DNA from: Phycisphaera mikurensis NBRC 102666
GTDB taxonomy: Bacteria; Planctomycetota; Phycisphaerae; Phycisphaerales; Phycisphaeraceae
DNA length: 32,000 nt
Direction of reading: 5' to 3'
Assembly (NCBI RefSeq): GCF_000284115.1
Contig: NC_017080.1
Coordinates: 2,580,001 to 2,612,000 of the forward strand
Made by a program: the position numbers and the translations under genes
The notes under the pieces: model-generated
What the model saw: only the letters and a program-made list of their open reading frames with translations
Told to the model about the DNA's origin: nothing
Database searches by the model: none
Shown here: positions 16,618-25,403 of the stretch, in pieces
Numbering within the stretch: position 1 is the first letter of the stretch
Layout: the number at the start of each line of letters is the position of its first letter

Positions 16618-18066
16618 CGTGGCGCCGTCCTCAGGGCGGCGTGAAGCCGCGGCCTGCTTCTCGATCTCGCCGACGTTGCTGGCGAGGTCGCCCTCGGCGG
16701 CGGTGGCGTGGGCGGTCTCGTTGGGCGCCTCCTCGTTCCGCGGACCGGCGGCCTCCGCGGCCGCGGTCCCCGTCCCGCCGGGATCGGCCGCCGACGGTCC
16801 GCGGGCGTCGGCGTCGGCGTCGGCGTCGAGTTGCCGCACCGGCACGCCGTCGGGGAAGATGACCTCGCGGGCGTCGTCGGGCATCGAGATCCCGGCCCGC
16901 TCCAGGGCCCGGATCGCCAGCCGCATGACCGCCGAGAGCACCTTGAGCTTGTCGTGCCGGCCGCCGTCGACCCAGAAGTAGACCCGCAGGTTGATCGTCG
17001 AGCTTGCCAGTGCCTCCACCAGCACCTTCGCCGTCGGGTCGTCCAGCACGGCGGGGTGCTCCTCGAGCACGCGCAGGATCGTGTCCTGCGCCAGCCCGAT
17101 GCCCGCGTCGTAGCCGATCCCCACGCCGAACTCCGCCCGCACCTTCGGATTCGCGGTGAAGTTCACGATCGTGTTCTTGTAGACCGTGCTGTTGGCGATC
17201 TGGATGTGGTTCCCGTCGAAGTCCACCAGCGTGGTGCCGCGCGTCGTCACCGCCTGCACCACGCCCGTGTGGCCGTCGACGCGGATCACGTCGTTGAGCC
17301 GGAAGGGCTTCTGCACGCTGATCAGCAGGCTCGCCAGGAAGTTCTCGGCGATGTCGCGGAAGGCGAAGCCGACGACCAGCCCCAGGAGGCCCGTGCCGCT
17401 GATGAGCCCCAACGCGATCCGCGTGAGCCCGGTGATGCGGAGGAAGAGGTAGAGCCCCGCGATGAGCACCAGCGTGTAGACGACTTTCCGCAGCACGTTG
17501 CGGACCAGCTCGGAGTCGGTGAAGCGGTAGAGCGGCCGGGCGAGCAAGCCGGAGATCCCGCTCGCGGCGAGCACCGTCAGCGTGAGCAGCACCGCCGCGA
17601 TCGCGAGCAGCGGCAGCAGGCGGACCGCCTCGCGGCCCAGCGACCGCAGCTCCTTCTGCGCCGGCTGCGTGTCCCACCAAGGCCCCTCGTCCACCTGGAT
17701 CTCGTTGACGACGGCGACGGCGTCCTTTGTCCGACGCACGAGGTCGCCGGCGAGCGTCTTCATCTCCTTCTCGGCCGTGGTGCCACGCAGGAACACCACG
17801 CCCTCGGCCACGCTCACGTCGAGGTTCTCGAACTTGCCCGTCGCGGTGAGGATGTCGTAGAGCCGCTGAGCGATGTCCACGTCCTCGGACACCGGCTCCA
17901 CCGCGACCTCCGACCCGCTCGCCTCGGGCGCCGCCTCGTCGGGCTCGCCCACGATCGCCTCGGTGACGGGATCGTCGGCGGGCGCGGCCGGTGCGTCCTG
18001 GCCCCACGCGGGCAGCGCCGCCGCCCAGATGAGACACCCCACCGCCATCCACCGCACCCGAGCCAT
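16609..18066 (-). CDS. BON-domain plus mechanosensitive ion channel (MscS family) protein
   Basis: Signal MAVGCLIWAAALPAWGQ; BON-like DIAQRLYDILTATGKFENLDVSVAEGVVFLRGTTAEKEM; MscS core GLISGTGLLGLVVGFAFRDIAENFLASLLISVQKPFRLNDVIRVDGHTGVVQAVTTRGTTLVDFDGNHIQIANS. Confidence 0.92.
   Translation of the reverse strand: MARVRWMAVGCLIWAAALPAWGQDAPAAPADDPVTEAIVGEPDEAAPEASGSEVAVEPVSEDVDIAQRLYDILTATGKFENLDVSVAEGVVFLRGTTAEKEMKTLAGDLVRRTKDAVAVVNEIQVDEGPWWDTQPAQKELRSLGREAVRLLPLLAIAAVLLTLTVLAASGISGLLARPLYRFTDSELVRNVLRKVVYTLVLIAGLYLFLRITGLTRIALGLISGTGLLGLVVGFAFRDIAENFLASLLISVQKPFRLNDVIRVDGHTGVVQAVTTRGTTLVDFDGNHIQIANSTVYKNTIVNFTANPKVRAEFGVGIGYDAGIGLAQDTILRVLEEHPAVLDDPTAKVLVEALASSTINLRVYFWVDGGRHDKLKVLSAVMRLAIRALERAGISMPDDAREVIFPDGVPVRQLDADADADARGPSAADPGGTGTAAAEAAGPRNEEAPNETAHATAAEGDLASNVGEIEKQAAASRRPEDGATVL
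16738..16804. repeat. Variant (67-bp) member of the CCGCGGACCG dyad family, in the MscS gene
   Basis: CCGCGGACCG at 16738-16747 and CGGTCCGCGG at 16795-16804; outer length 67 rather than 46 bp. Confidence 0.5.
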
Positions 18067-18113
18067 CCACCGACGCTAGCAAGCGGCCGGCCGGGAATCG
18101 TCCGCCCCACGGG

Positions 18114-19151
18114 TCAATCTGCGGAGCGCCGCCGCCCCAGCAGCAGCGCCCCCGCCCCCAGCAGCGCCGCCGACGCCGGCTCGGGCACCGCCGCGTACGC
18201 GAAGACGTTCAGCGCCAGCTGGCGGTTGTCGAGGCGGTCGATGTCCGTGCCCGCGCCGTTGCGGTTGAAGAACGTGTTGCGATCGAACAGCCCCACCACC
18301 CGGCCCGCGCCCGCCTGCGCCGCCAGCAGCACCGCGTCCTCGGCCGTCGCCGGCGTCGCCGGGCCCCGCTGGTTGGCGCCGAAGGGCCCGCGGTTGCGGC
18401 GGACGCTGCCCTCGGCCGTCGCCAGCACCTCCACCGTCACGCCCGCCGCCGCGGCCGCGGCGGCGTCCACCGTGATCGGCGTCACGCCCTCGCCGTCGAA
18501 GCGGTCCACCCCCCGAAGCAGCGGGTGGTCGGGCAGCAGGAACTCGCCCGCGGCCTGCTCGATCGCGTACGTGCCCCGGTCCTGATTCACCACGAGGCCG
18601 AAGCGGTCCAGGAAGGGCTGGTCGGAGTCGCTCGCGTCGGCCCAGTCGCTGCCGAAGTTCGCATCGCTGATGAAGATCGCCCCGCCGCCGCCCCGGACGA
18701 AGCTCTCCAGCGCGTCCACCTGCGCCGGGCTGTAGCGGGCATTGTTCGAGCCCATCACCACCACGTCGTAGCCGTCCAGCGAGAACGCCCCGCCGAAGTC
18801 CACCGCCACCCCGTCCGTCGGCCCGTTCGGCTTGCCCGGCTCCACCGACTCCTTCACCTGGCTCACCTGGTAGCCCGCCCCGCGGAGCGTCTCCGCCAGC
18901 TCGAACCAACCGTGGTTGCCCCCGAAGGTTGCCTGGTTGTCGACGTCCGCCAGCTGCTCGGTCCGCTCGGAATCGTCGCCCGCCTCCAGGAAGCCCCCGC
19001 TGCGGTCCGCCCCGCGCACGAACAGCACGCTCTTGGCCGCCGCGGGCGGAGCGAGCGCGGCGGGCACCGCGAGCACGGCCGCGGAGCAAAGCGAACGCAC
19101 CCGCAGCAGGCGGGCGCTGCCATGAGCACGAGCGGGAGCGAGTCGGGCCAT
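18114..19151 (-). CDS. Secreted protein with PEP-CTERM sorting tail
   Basis: Signal LCSAAVLAVPAALAPPAAAKSVLF; DVVVMGSNNARYSPAQVDALESFVRGGGGAIFISD; C-term VPEPASAALLGAGALLLGRRRSAD. Confidence 0.88.
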   Translation of the reverse strand: MARLAPARAHGSARLLRVRSLCSAAVLAVPAALAPPAAAKSVLFVRGADRSGGFLEAGDDSERTEQLADVDNQATFGGNHGWFELAETLRGAGYQVSQVKESVEPGKPNGPTDGVAVDFGGAFSLDGYDVVVMGSNNARYSPAQVDALESFVRGGGGAIFISDANFGSDWADASDSDQPFLDRFGLVVNQDRGTYAIEQAAGEFLLPDHPLLRGVDRFDGEGVTPITVDAAAAAAAGVTVEVLATAEGSVRRNRGPFGANQRGPATPATAEDAVLLAAQAGAGRVVGLFDRNTFFNRNGAGTDIDRLDNRQLALNVFAYAAVPEPASAALLGAGALLLGRRRSAD

Positions 19152-19418
19152 CGGGTTCACCGTGCGAGGAAGCTGCGGGTGGGCGATGCGGACGCCGGCT
19201 CGATCGTACCCGCGCCCGGTCCCGAAGGGGCTCCGGCCGCGATGCGCAGGCTCGACTCGGCAGTGGCGGCGGCCGTCACCTCGGGAAAGGCGAGCCGGGC
19301 GGCCTGCTGCTCCGCGTTCGCCGCTCGGCCGCGCGTCGTCGGCGTGCCTGCCGGCCTCGTGGCGGCGTCGCTGGACGAGGCGAGGGAGACCGAACGGGCC
19401 GAGCGGGAGAGCGCGCCA

Positions 19419-19490
19419 CGTGCCACGCCTCTGGGGGGGGAAAGCGCCAGCACCTCCCGCGCGCCCCACCCCGCAAGCGGCTTGGCACCC
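19419..19490 (-). repeat. Dispersed 72-78 bp element copy 2
   Basis: Reverse complement GGGTGCCAAGCCGCTTGCGGGGTGGGGCGCGCGGGAGGT...GGCGTGGCACG matches 6353-6430. Confidence 0.8.
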
Positions 19491-19522
19491 GGGCAGGACA
19501 CGCCCGCCGGGTGCCACGCGCC

Positions 19523-21748
19523 TCATCCCACCTCCACGAGGTTCAGCTCGCCGCGGTGGCTCTGGCGGAGGACGCGGCGGAGCAGGGCGTGCCCGTCGGC
19601 GGCGAGCTCGGGATCGGCTTCGACGATCTGCTGGGCGTCCCGCCGGGCGAGCAGGAGCAGCTCGGTGTCCTCGGGCAGCCGCGCGACTCTGAGCGTGGCG
19701 GCGCCGGCCTGACGGGTGCCGAAGAACTCGCCCATGCCGCGGATGGTCAGGTCGGCCTCGGCGATCTTGAACCCATCCGCGGTGGCGGCCAGGGCGGCCA
19801 GCCGCTCCTTCGCCTCGTCGGTCCGGGGGTTCGCGAGGAACACGCACAGCGGCTTGCCGCCGGAGGCGGTGCCGGCGCCGCGGCCGATGCGGCCGCGGAG
19901 CTGGTGCAGCTGGCTGAGGCCGAAGCGGTCGGCGTGCTCGATGATCATGACGGCGGCGTTGGGCACGTCGACGCCGACCTCGATCACGGTGGTCGCCAGC
20001 AGCACGTCGGACCGGTGCCGACGGAAAGCCGCCATCACCTCCCGCCGTTCCTCGGGCTTGAGCCGCCCGTGAACGACCGCGATGCGCCGGCCCGGGAGCA
20101 GCTCCGCGAGCTCGTGCTGGAACTCCTCGACGTTCTTGAGCACGGGAGCATCGGGATCGGGATGCTCGCCGGGTTCGATTGACGGGACGACCACGTACAC
20201 CTGCTCGCCCGCGGCGATGCGCTTCTCCGCGTAGGCGTAGACGTCGGCGGCTTTGGCCGGGTCGACGACGCGGCTGGCGACGGGGATGCGGCCGGGCGGC
20301 AGCTCGTCGATCGTCGAGACGTCCAGGTCGCCGAGCAGCGTGAGCGAGAGCGTGCGCGGGATGGGCGTCGCGGTCATCACCAGGACGTGCGGGCTCTCGT
20401 TCCCGGCGCTGCGGAGCGCCGCCCGCTGGCGGACACCGAAGCGGTGCTGCTCGTCGATCACGGCGAGGCCGAGGTCGCGGAAGGCGAGCTTCTCGGAGAG
20501 CAGCGCGTGCGTGCCGACGACCACATCCACCCTCCGGGAGGGATCGTTGCCATCGAGGGTGCGGCCGGCGACGGCTTCGACGTCCTGGCGGCGGTGGGCG
20601 GTGACGAGGCCGACGCGGACGCCGGTGCCTTCCAACATCTTCTCGATCGCCTGGTGGTGCTGTTCGGCGAGCAGCGCGGTCGGTGCCATGAGCGCGGCCT
20701 GCTTGCCGGCGGCCTGGGCGATGAGCATCGCGTGCAGGGCCACGGCGGTCTTGCCGGCACCGACGTCGCCCTGCAGGAGCCGGTTCATCGGGAACGGGCG
20801 GGCGAGATCGGCGGTGATCTCGGCGGTCACCCGCTTCTGCGCCGCCGTCATCTCGAAGGGCAGCAGCTCGGCGATGCCCTCGAGCAGCGCGGCGCTGGCG
20901 ACCAGGCGCGGGGCCCTGAGCTTCAGCCGCGTGTGGGCCCGCTTCACCGCGACGCCGAGCTGGAGCACGAGCAGCTCGTTGAAGGCGAGCCGGCGGCGGG
21001 CGCCGGCGATCTCGTCGCGGTCGGCGGGCGCGTGGATCCGCCGGTACGCCTCGGCGAGCGTCGGCATCCGGTGGTGCTCGACGATCGCCGGCGGCACGGG
21101 GTCTTCGATCTGATCGACGACGGCCTCGACGGCTCGCTCGATGAGCGAAGCGAGGCGGTCGGAAGGGATCCTCTCGGTCGCCGGGTAGACAGGACGCAGC
21201 CGCGGGGCATCGCCGTCCGCCGATTCCGCGGACCGTGGCGAGAATAGGCCGTTTCCGGCCGCGGTCCGCGGAATCGTCGGCTCGCCACCCCCCTCGTCCT
21301 CGTCCTCGTCTGCCAGCGTCGCCCACTTCGGGCCGGTCATCTGCAGGTACGGGCCGTAGCGCTTGATCTTGCCCTGCACGCGCACGCGGGTGCCCGCGGG
21401 CAGCTTGCCGCGCATCCACGCGGCGTTGAACCAGGTGAGCTTGATCGTGCCGGTGGAGTCCGAAAGCGTCGCCTCGAAGCGGCCCTTGCGGCCGTGGCCC
21501 ACGCTGCGGCAGGCGTCGACGACGCCCTCCGCCGAGGCGACCGCGCCCTCGGGCACGTCCGCGAGCGACGCGATCGTCTCGGTCGCGTGCTCGTCCTCGT
21601 GCCGGTGCGGCAGGTGGCGGATGAGGTCCGAGAGCGTGCGCAGCCCCATCTGCTCGAGTGCGCCGGCCAGGTGCGGGCCCACGCCGCGGAGGGCGCTGAC
21701 GGGGGTGGAGAGCGTCCAGCCCGTCGCGTTGTCAGTCGTCTCTGCCAT
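19523..21748 (-). CDS. recG: ATP-dependent DNA helicase RecG
   Basis: LQGDVGAGKTAVALHAMLIA, VVVGTHALLSEKLAFRDLGLAVIDEQHRFGVRQR, MTATPIPRTLSLTLLGDLDVSTIDELPPGR, TTVIEVGVDVPNAAVMIIEHADRFGLSQLHQLRGRIGRG. Confidence 0.96.
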   Translation of the reverse strand: MAETTDNATGWTLSTPVSALRGVGPHLAGALEQMGLRTLSDLIRHLPHRHEDEHATETIASLADVPEGAVASAEGVVDACRSVGHGRKGRFEATLSDSTGTIKLTWFNAAWMRGKLPAGTRVRVQGKIKRYGPYLQMTGPKWATLADEDEDEGGGEPTIPRTAAGNGLFSPRSAESADGDAPRLRPVYPATERIPSDRLASLIERAVEAVVDQIEDPVPPAIVEHHRMPTLAEAYRRIHAPADRDEIAGARRRLAFNELLVLQLGVAVKRAHTRLKLRAPRLVASAALLEGIAELLPFEMTAAQKRVTAEITADLARPFPMNRLLQGDVGAGKTAVALHAMLIAQAAGKQAALMAPTALLAEQHHQAIEKMLEGTGVRVGLVTAHRRQDVEAVAGRTLDGNDPSRRVDVVVGTHALLSEKLAFRDLGLAVIDEQHRFGVRQRAALRSAGNESPHVLVMTATPIPRTLSLTLLGDLDVSTIDELPPGRIPVASRVVDPAKAADVYAYAEKRIAAGEQVYVVVPSIEPGEHPDPDAPVLKNVEEFQHELAELLPGRRIAVVHGRLKPEERREVMAAFRRHRSDVLLATTVIEVGVDVPNAAVMIIEHADRFGLSQLHQLRGRIGRGAGTASGGKPLCVFLANPRTDEAKERLAALAATADGFKIAEADLTIRGMGEFFGTRQAGAATLRVARLPEDTELLLLARRDAQQIVEADPELAADGHALLRRVLRQSHRGELNLVEVG
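21226..21271. repeat. 46-bp dyad element, copy B, inside recG; extended to near-perfect 22-bp arms (21217-21238 / 21259-21280)
   Basis: CCGCCGATTCCGCGGACCGTGG versus the reverse complement of CCGCGGTCCGCGGAATCGTCGG: 20 of 22 positions pair. Confidence 0.9.
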
Positions 21749-21766
21749 GGGAACGTGGGACACGCG

Positions 21767-21827
21767 TAGGGCAGGTGGCGCTGCCGCCGCCTGCGGCGAC
21801 GGCATGGCAGGTCGCCGACCTGCCCTA
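21767..21827. repeat. 61-bp hairpin element bounded by TAGGGCAGGT / ACCTGCCCTA
   Basis: Perfect 10-bp terminal inverted repeat plus inner GGCG/CGCC and GCCGCC-GGCGGC-type pairing. Overlaps the stop codon of the next gene. Confidence 0.75.
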
Positions 21828-22616
21828 AGGGGTGCGGCTTGTCAGCGCATCCGCCTTCTCCAGGAACGGCTTCACCCGCGCGTGGGTGAGCAACACGAGC
21901 GGGCTCATGAGGACGGTGCCCAGCGCGAAGTGGTCGGCGCCGGCGGCGGCGTAGCCGTCCAGGTCGGCGGCGTCCTGGATCCCGCCGCCGCCGATGAGCG
22001 TCAGGGCGTCGCCGCCGGGCAGGGCGCGGAGCTTCTCGATCGCCTCCAGCGACAGCGGCATGAGCGGCCGGCCGCTCATGCCGCCGCCCTTCACCGGCAG
22101 CGTGTTGCAGCAGTGGAAAGCGCGGAGGCCGGCGTCGAGTGCCGCTTCGGCCATCGGCCGGAAGCGCAGCGGCGGGAGCTTGACGACGACCGGGACGCCG
22201 CACGCCGCGGCCCGCTGGAACAGCCCGGCGGGCGGCTCCTGATGAGCGACGTTGGGGCAGCTCATGTTCAGCTCGAGGCCCAGCGGCTCCAGCGCTGCGC
22301 CGCGGTCGACCAGCTCCGCCCACTCGCCGTCGTCGAAGCCGTGCACGCTGACGAGCTTGTCCGCGAGGCCGCGGCCGCGGGCCGCTCGGCCCTCCAGCCA
22401 AGCGATCCCGGGGTTCCGAAGCCCGATCCGGTTCACCCACGCCCCGAGCTTCGGGTACGGCCGCACCGTCCGAAGGATCGCCCCGACGCGGCCGCGACGC
22501 CGCGCGAGCGTGAAGGTCCCCATCGTCGGCGTCGTGCCCGCGGGCTGCACGTAGTTCCCAAACGGCGCCGAAACCACGACGCGACGCAAGCCAGGAACAG
22601 CGGGGGCACGCGGCAC
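21825..22616 (-). CDS. Dihydroorotate dehydrogenase-like protein
   Basis: VNRIGLRNPGI...LELNMSCPNV...VPVVVKLPP...AFHCCNTLPVKGGGMSGRPL...LIGGGGIQDAADLDGYAAAGADHFALGTVLM. Start uncertain (GTG). Confidence 0.85.
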   Translation of the reverse strand: MPRAPAVPGLRRVVVSAPFGNYVQPAGTTPTMGTFTLARRRGRVGAILRTVRPYPKLGAWVNRIGLRNPGIAWLEGRAARGRGLADKLVSVHGFDDGEWAELVDRGAALEPLGLELNMSCPNVAHQEPPAGLFQRAAACGVPVVVKLPPLRFRPMAEAALDAGLRAFHCCNTLPVKGGGMSGRPLMPLSLEAIEKLRALPGGDALTLIGGGGIQDAADLDGYAAAGADHFALGTVLMSPLVLLTHARVKPFLEKADALTSRTP

Positions 22617-22654
22617 GGCCCGAGCCTAAGAGAGCCGCGGGGCGGGCAGCCCCG

Positions 22655-24580
22655 TCAGGGCCGCCGGTGCGCGTCGGAAGCACGCCGCGCCGCGTCCACG
22701 ACCTGGCCGGCGGTGTAGGCCTCGGAGTTGAGCGTCACGCGGCCGTCGGGTGCGCGGACGAGCAGGGCGGGGATCGCGACGCGGCCGGCGTCGGCGAGCA
22801 GGGCCTCGCCGGCGGCGTTGCTGCCGGTGAGGTCGACCTTCACGAAGGCGACGCCCCCGTCGGCGAGGCCGGAGACGGCGTCGCTGAAGAGCACGGTCCG
22901 CTCGAGCACCTTGCAGTTGATGCACCAGTCGGCGGTGAAGTCGATGACGGCGACGCGGTCTTCGGCGGCCAGCCGCTCCAGCACGCCGGGCTCGTAGGCG
23001 ATCCAGTCGATCGGCTCGTCCTCGGAAGCGGCGAAGCTGAACCACGCCGCGCCGGCCAGCGTGGCCGCCGCGACGGCCGAGAACACCACCGGCCAGGCGC
23101 GTCCGCGTGCGTGCCGCCAGGCCTTCCAGGCCGCCACGGCGGCGGCGGCCACGAGCAGCCACGGGATGGCGAACCACGCCGCGTGCCCCGCCGCGCGGGC
23201 GCCGAGCGCCAGCAAGCCGGCGCCGACGAAGTAGGCCGCGGCCGCGAGCATCGCCAGCGCCATCACCTGCTTCACCGCCGCGGCGCCGGGCCCGGCCCGC
23301 GGCACCCACGCGACCAGCTTCGGGAAGGCCGCGAGCAGCACGTACGGAAGGGCCATGCCGACGCCGATGGCGGCGAACACCGCAAGCGTCACCCCGGCGG
23401 GCCGCGTCGTCGCCCACGCCGCGGCCGAGCCCATGAACGGCGCCGTGCACGGGGTCGAGAGCACCGCCGTCATCACGCCCAGCAGCAGGTGCCCGAGCCA
23501 CCCGCCCCGCGCGGTGTCGACGGCGTAGACGGCGCGTGGGAGCGGGATCGTGAACCAGCCGGCCATGCCAACCGCCAGCACCGCGATGACCGCCCCGACG
23601 CCGAGCGTGAACAGCGGCCGCTGGAACAGCGAGTGCACCGCGTCCAGCCCCGTCAGCGAGGCGATCGCCGCGCCCAGCGCGAGCCAGAACCCGACGATGC
23701 CCACCCCCGTCAGCAGGCCGGCGGCGAGCGCTTGCCCCCGGGAGTCGGCCTTGGCGGCGAGGCCCATCGCCTTGATGGGCAGCACCGGGAGCACGCAGGG
23801 CGTGAGGTTCAGCAGCAGCCCGCCGGAGGCCGCGAGCAGCAGCAACGCCGCAAAGCCGGCCCAGCCCGCCGGGTCCACGCGGACCGAACGGCCGAAGAAG
23901 CCGAGGCCCACGCCGCCGGCGGGACCCGCCGCGGCGGGGGAAGTGCCGGCGTGGATCTCGGCCCAGACGCCGGGGTCGAAGCCGTCGAACAGCGGCGGGG
24001 GCGTCCCGCTCGCGGCGCCGGCCTTCACCTCCACCTCCAGCGGCAGCGTCGCCCCCCTCACCGGCCGCATGCACCGCGTGTCGTCGCAGGCCTGCAGCGT
24101 GACCGCCACCGCCAGCGGGTACACGCCCTCGGCCGCGTCCGCCGCCACCGTGACCGGCACGTACACGACGCCGACGCCGCCGAAGACCGCATAGTCCACC
24201 GGCTCGTCGAGGAAGGCGACTTCCACCACCTCCGGCTCGGGCCAGGCGGTGAAGCCGGCGTGGGCCGCCAGCGGCGCCCCGGGATCCGGCTCGACCGCCA
24301 CCGCCGTGGCGATGTAGAGCGACGCGTCGCCCAGCGCCGGGGGCACCACCGGGGCTTGGGTGTGCGTGTGCCAGCCGGGGTCGTGCTCCAGCACGACGGC
24401 GACCACGAGGCTGCCGCCGGGCGCCACCGCCCCGCCGCCGGTGGACAGCTCCGCCCGCACCGCGACGTGGGCGGTCGAGTCGTTGGGCTTCTGCGGCAGC
24501 TCCGCCCGCCAACCCTGGGCCTGCGCGAGCGGGCCGAGGGTCATCGCCAGCAGCAGGAGGAGGATCAGGCGTGCGGCCAC
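22655..24580 (-). CDS. DsbD-like thiol:disulfide interchange / cytochrome c biogenesis transmembrane protein with thioredoxin domain
   Basis: LNLTPCVLPVLPIKAMGLAAKAD, GVMTAVLSTPCTAPFMGSAAAWA, and thioredoxin-like AVIDFTADWCINCKVLERTVL. GTG start proposed at 24580. Confidence 0.9.
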   Translation of the reverse strand: MAARLILLLLLAMTLGPLAQAQGWRAELPQKPNDSTAHVAVRAELSTGGGAVAPGGSLVVAVVLEHDPGWHTHTQAPVVPPALGDASLYIATAVAVEPDPGAPLAAHAGFTAWPEPEVVEVAFLDEPVDYAVFGGVGVVYVPVTVAADAAEGVYPLAVAVTLQACDDTRCMRPVRGATLPLEVEVKAGAASGTPPPLFDGFDPGVWAEIHAGTSPAAAGPAGGVGLGFFGRSVRVDPAGWAGFAALLLLAASGGLLLNLTPCVLPVLPIKAMGLAAKADSRGQALAAGLLTGVGIVGFWLALGAAIASLTGLDAVHSLFQRPLFTLGVGAVIAVLAVGMAGWFTIPLPRAVYAVDTARGGWLGHLLLGVMTAVLSTPCTAPFMGSAAAWATTRPAGVTLAVFAAIGVGMALPYVLLAAFPKLVAWVPRAGPGAAAVKQVMALAMLAAAAYFVGAGLLALGARAAGHAAWFAIPWLLVAAAAVAAWKAWRHARGRAWPVVFSAVAAATLAGAAWFSFAASEDEPIDWIAYEPGVLERLAAEDRVAVIDFTADWCINCKVLERTVLFSDAVSGLADGGVAFVKVDLTGSNAAGEALLADAGRVAIPALLVRAPDGRVTLNSEAYTAGQVVDAARRASDAHRRP

Positions 24581-24811
24581 GCCGCAGGGTATTCCGCTCC
24601 GCGACGACCGCGTGCCGGCGGCCGCGTCGGGCGACCGCGAGCGGGGGTCCCCCGACGCCAAGCCTCCGGGAACGCCGGGCCGCCGCCGCGATCGCCGCCC
24701 GCCCCGCCGGCACCGGCCGCGCGGCGCCCGCCGCCGGTCGGGGCGCAGCCGCCCCGCGTGCGGCTTTCTCCGTGCCGCCGAAGCGGCGTCGTCCAGGTCG
24801 GGGCCGGCGCT

Positions 24812-25384
24812 TCAGGGGGCGCCGAGCACCGTGCCGCCGGTGATCGTCGCCTCGATCACCAGCACCACGTCGCGGCTGTCCGGCGGCACGTCCAGCAGCT
24901 GCTGCGTCCGGACGCGGACCGAGCGGACCTGCTTGTCGTCGCTCATCAGGCAGTAGACGTCGGTGGGTCCGAGGCCGGGCCCGTCGAGCTCCTGGCACTG
25001 CTTCAGGGTGGGCGTCTGCAGCGCATCGAAGAGCGTCTTGAGGCGGTTGTCGATGTCGCCGCCCCCGGAGAGGATGTTGCCCAAGGCGCCGGGCTGCAGC
25101 AGCAGGATGTCCAGCGCGACCAGCGGCCGGTCCGGCCGCACCGACAGCGGGTCGGCGGACGCCACGGGCAGGAACTTCCACCGGCCGTCGCTCACCGGCG
25201 CATCGGTGGCGAAGCGGCGGTGCGTCCGGCCGGGGTCCAGCCGGTGCTGCGGCGTCGACTCCAGCGCCCGCTCGAGCTGGGGGGCGAAGTGCAGCCGCAG
25301 CGCCTGCTTCTGCCGCAGGTTGCCGTTGGCCTTCAGCGGGCCGCGGTAGAAGAGGGAGGCCTCGATCCGCCAACGGTAAGGCAC
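24812..25384 (-). CDS. Conserved hypothetical with RusA-like motif (GGDIDNRLKTLFDAL)
   Basis: 190 aa, GTG start. LFYRGPLKANGNLRQKQALRLHFAPQLERAL...ALDILLLQPGALGNILSGGGDIDNRLKTLFDALQTP...YCLMSDDKQVRSVRVRTQQLLD. Starts 20 bp after the GH30 gene ends. Confidence 0.75.
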   Translation of the reverse strand: MPYRWRIEASLFYRGPLKANGNLRQKQALRLHFAPQLERALESTPQHRLDPGRTHRRFATDAPVSDGRWKFLPVASADPLSVRPDRPLVALDILLLQPGALGNILSGGGDIDNRLKTLFDALQTPTLKQCQELDGPGLGPTDVYCLMSDDKQVRSVRVRTQQLLDVPPDSRDVVLVIEATITGGTVLGAP

Positions 25385-25403
25385 GCCGCCGGAGCCCGGT
25401 GCT

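Noticed and set aside
19157-19501. 115-aa minus-strand ORF between the PEP-CTERM gene and recG
   Set aside because: No recognisable motif, and its start lies inside the dispersed inverted-repeat element region. Coding status unsupported.
18114-21419. 1101-aa minus-strand ORF joining the PEP-CTERM protein to an upstream frame of recG
   Set aside because: The upstream part is an out-of-frame translation of recG. The real protein starts at the ATG at 19151, followed by a signal peptide.
22626-25373. 915-aa minus and 942-aa plus ORFs (22667-25495) over the DsbD and RusA-like genes
   Set aside because: Only the DsbD and RusA-like frames show recognisable motifs and normal amino-acid composition.
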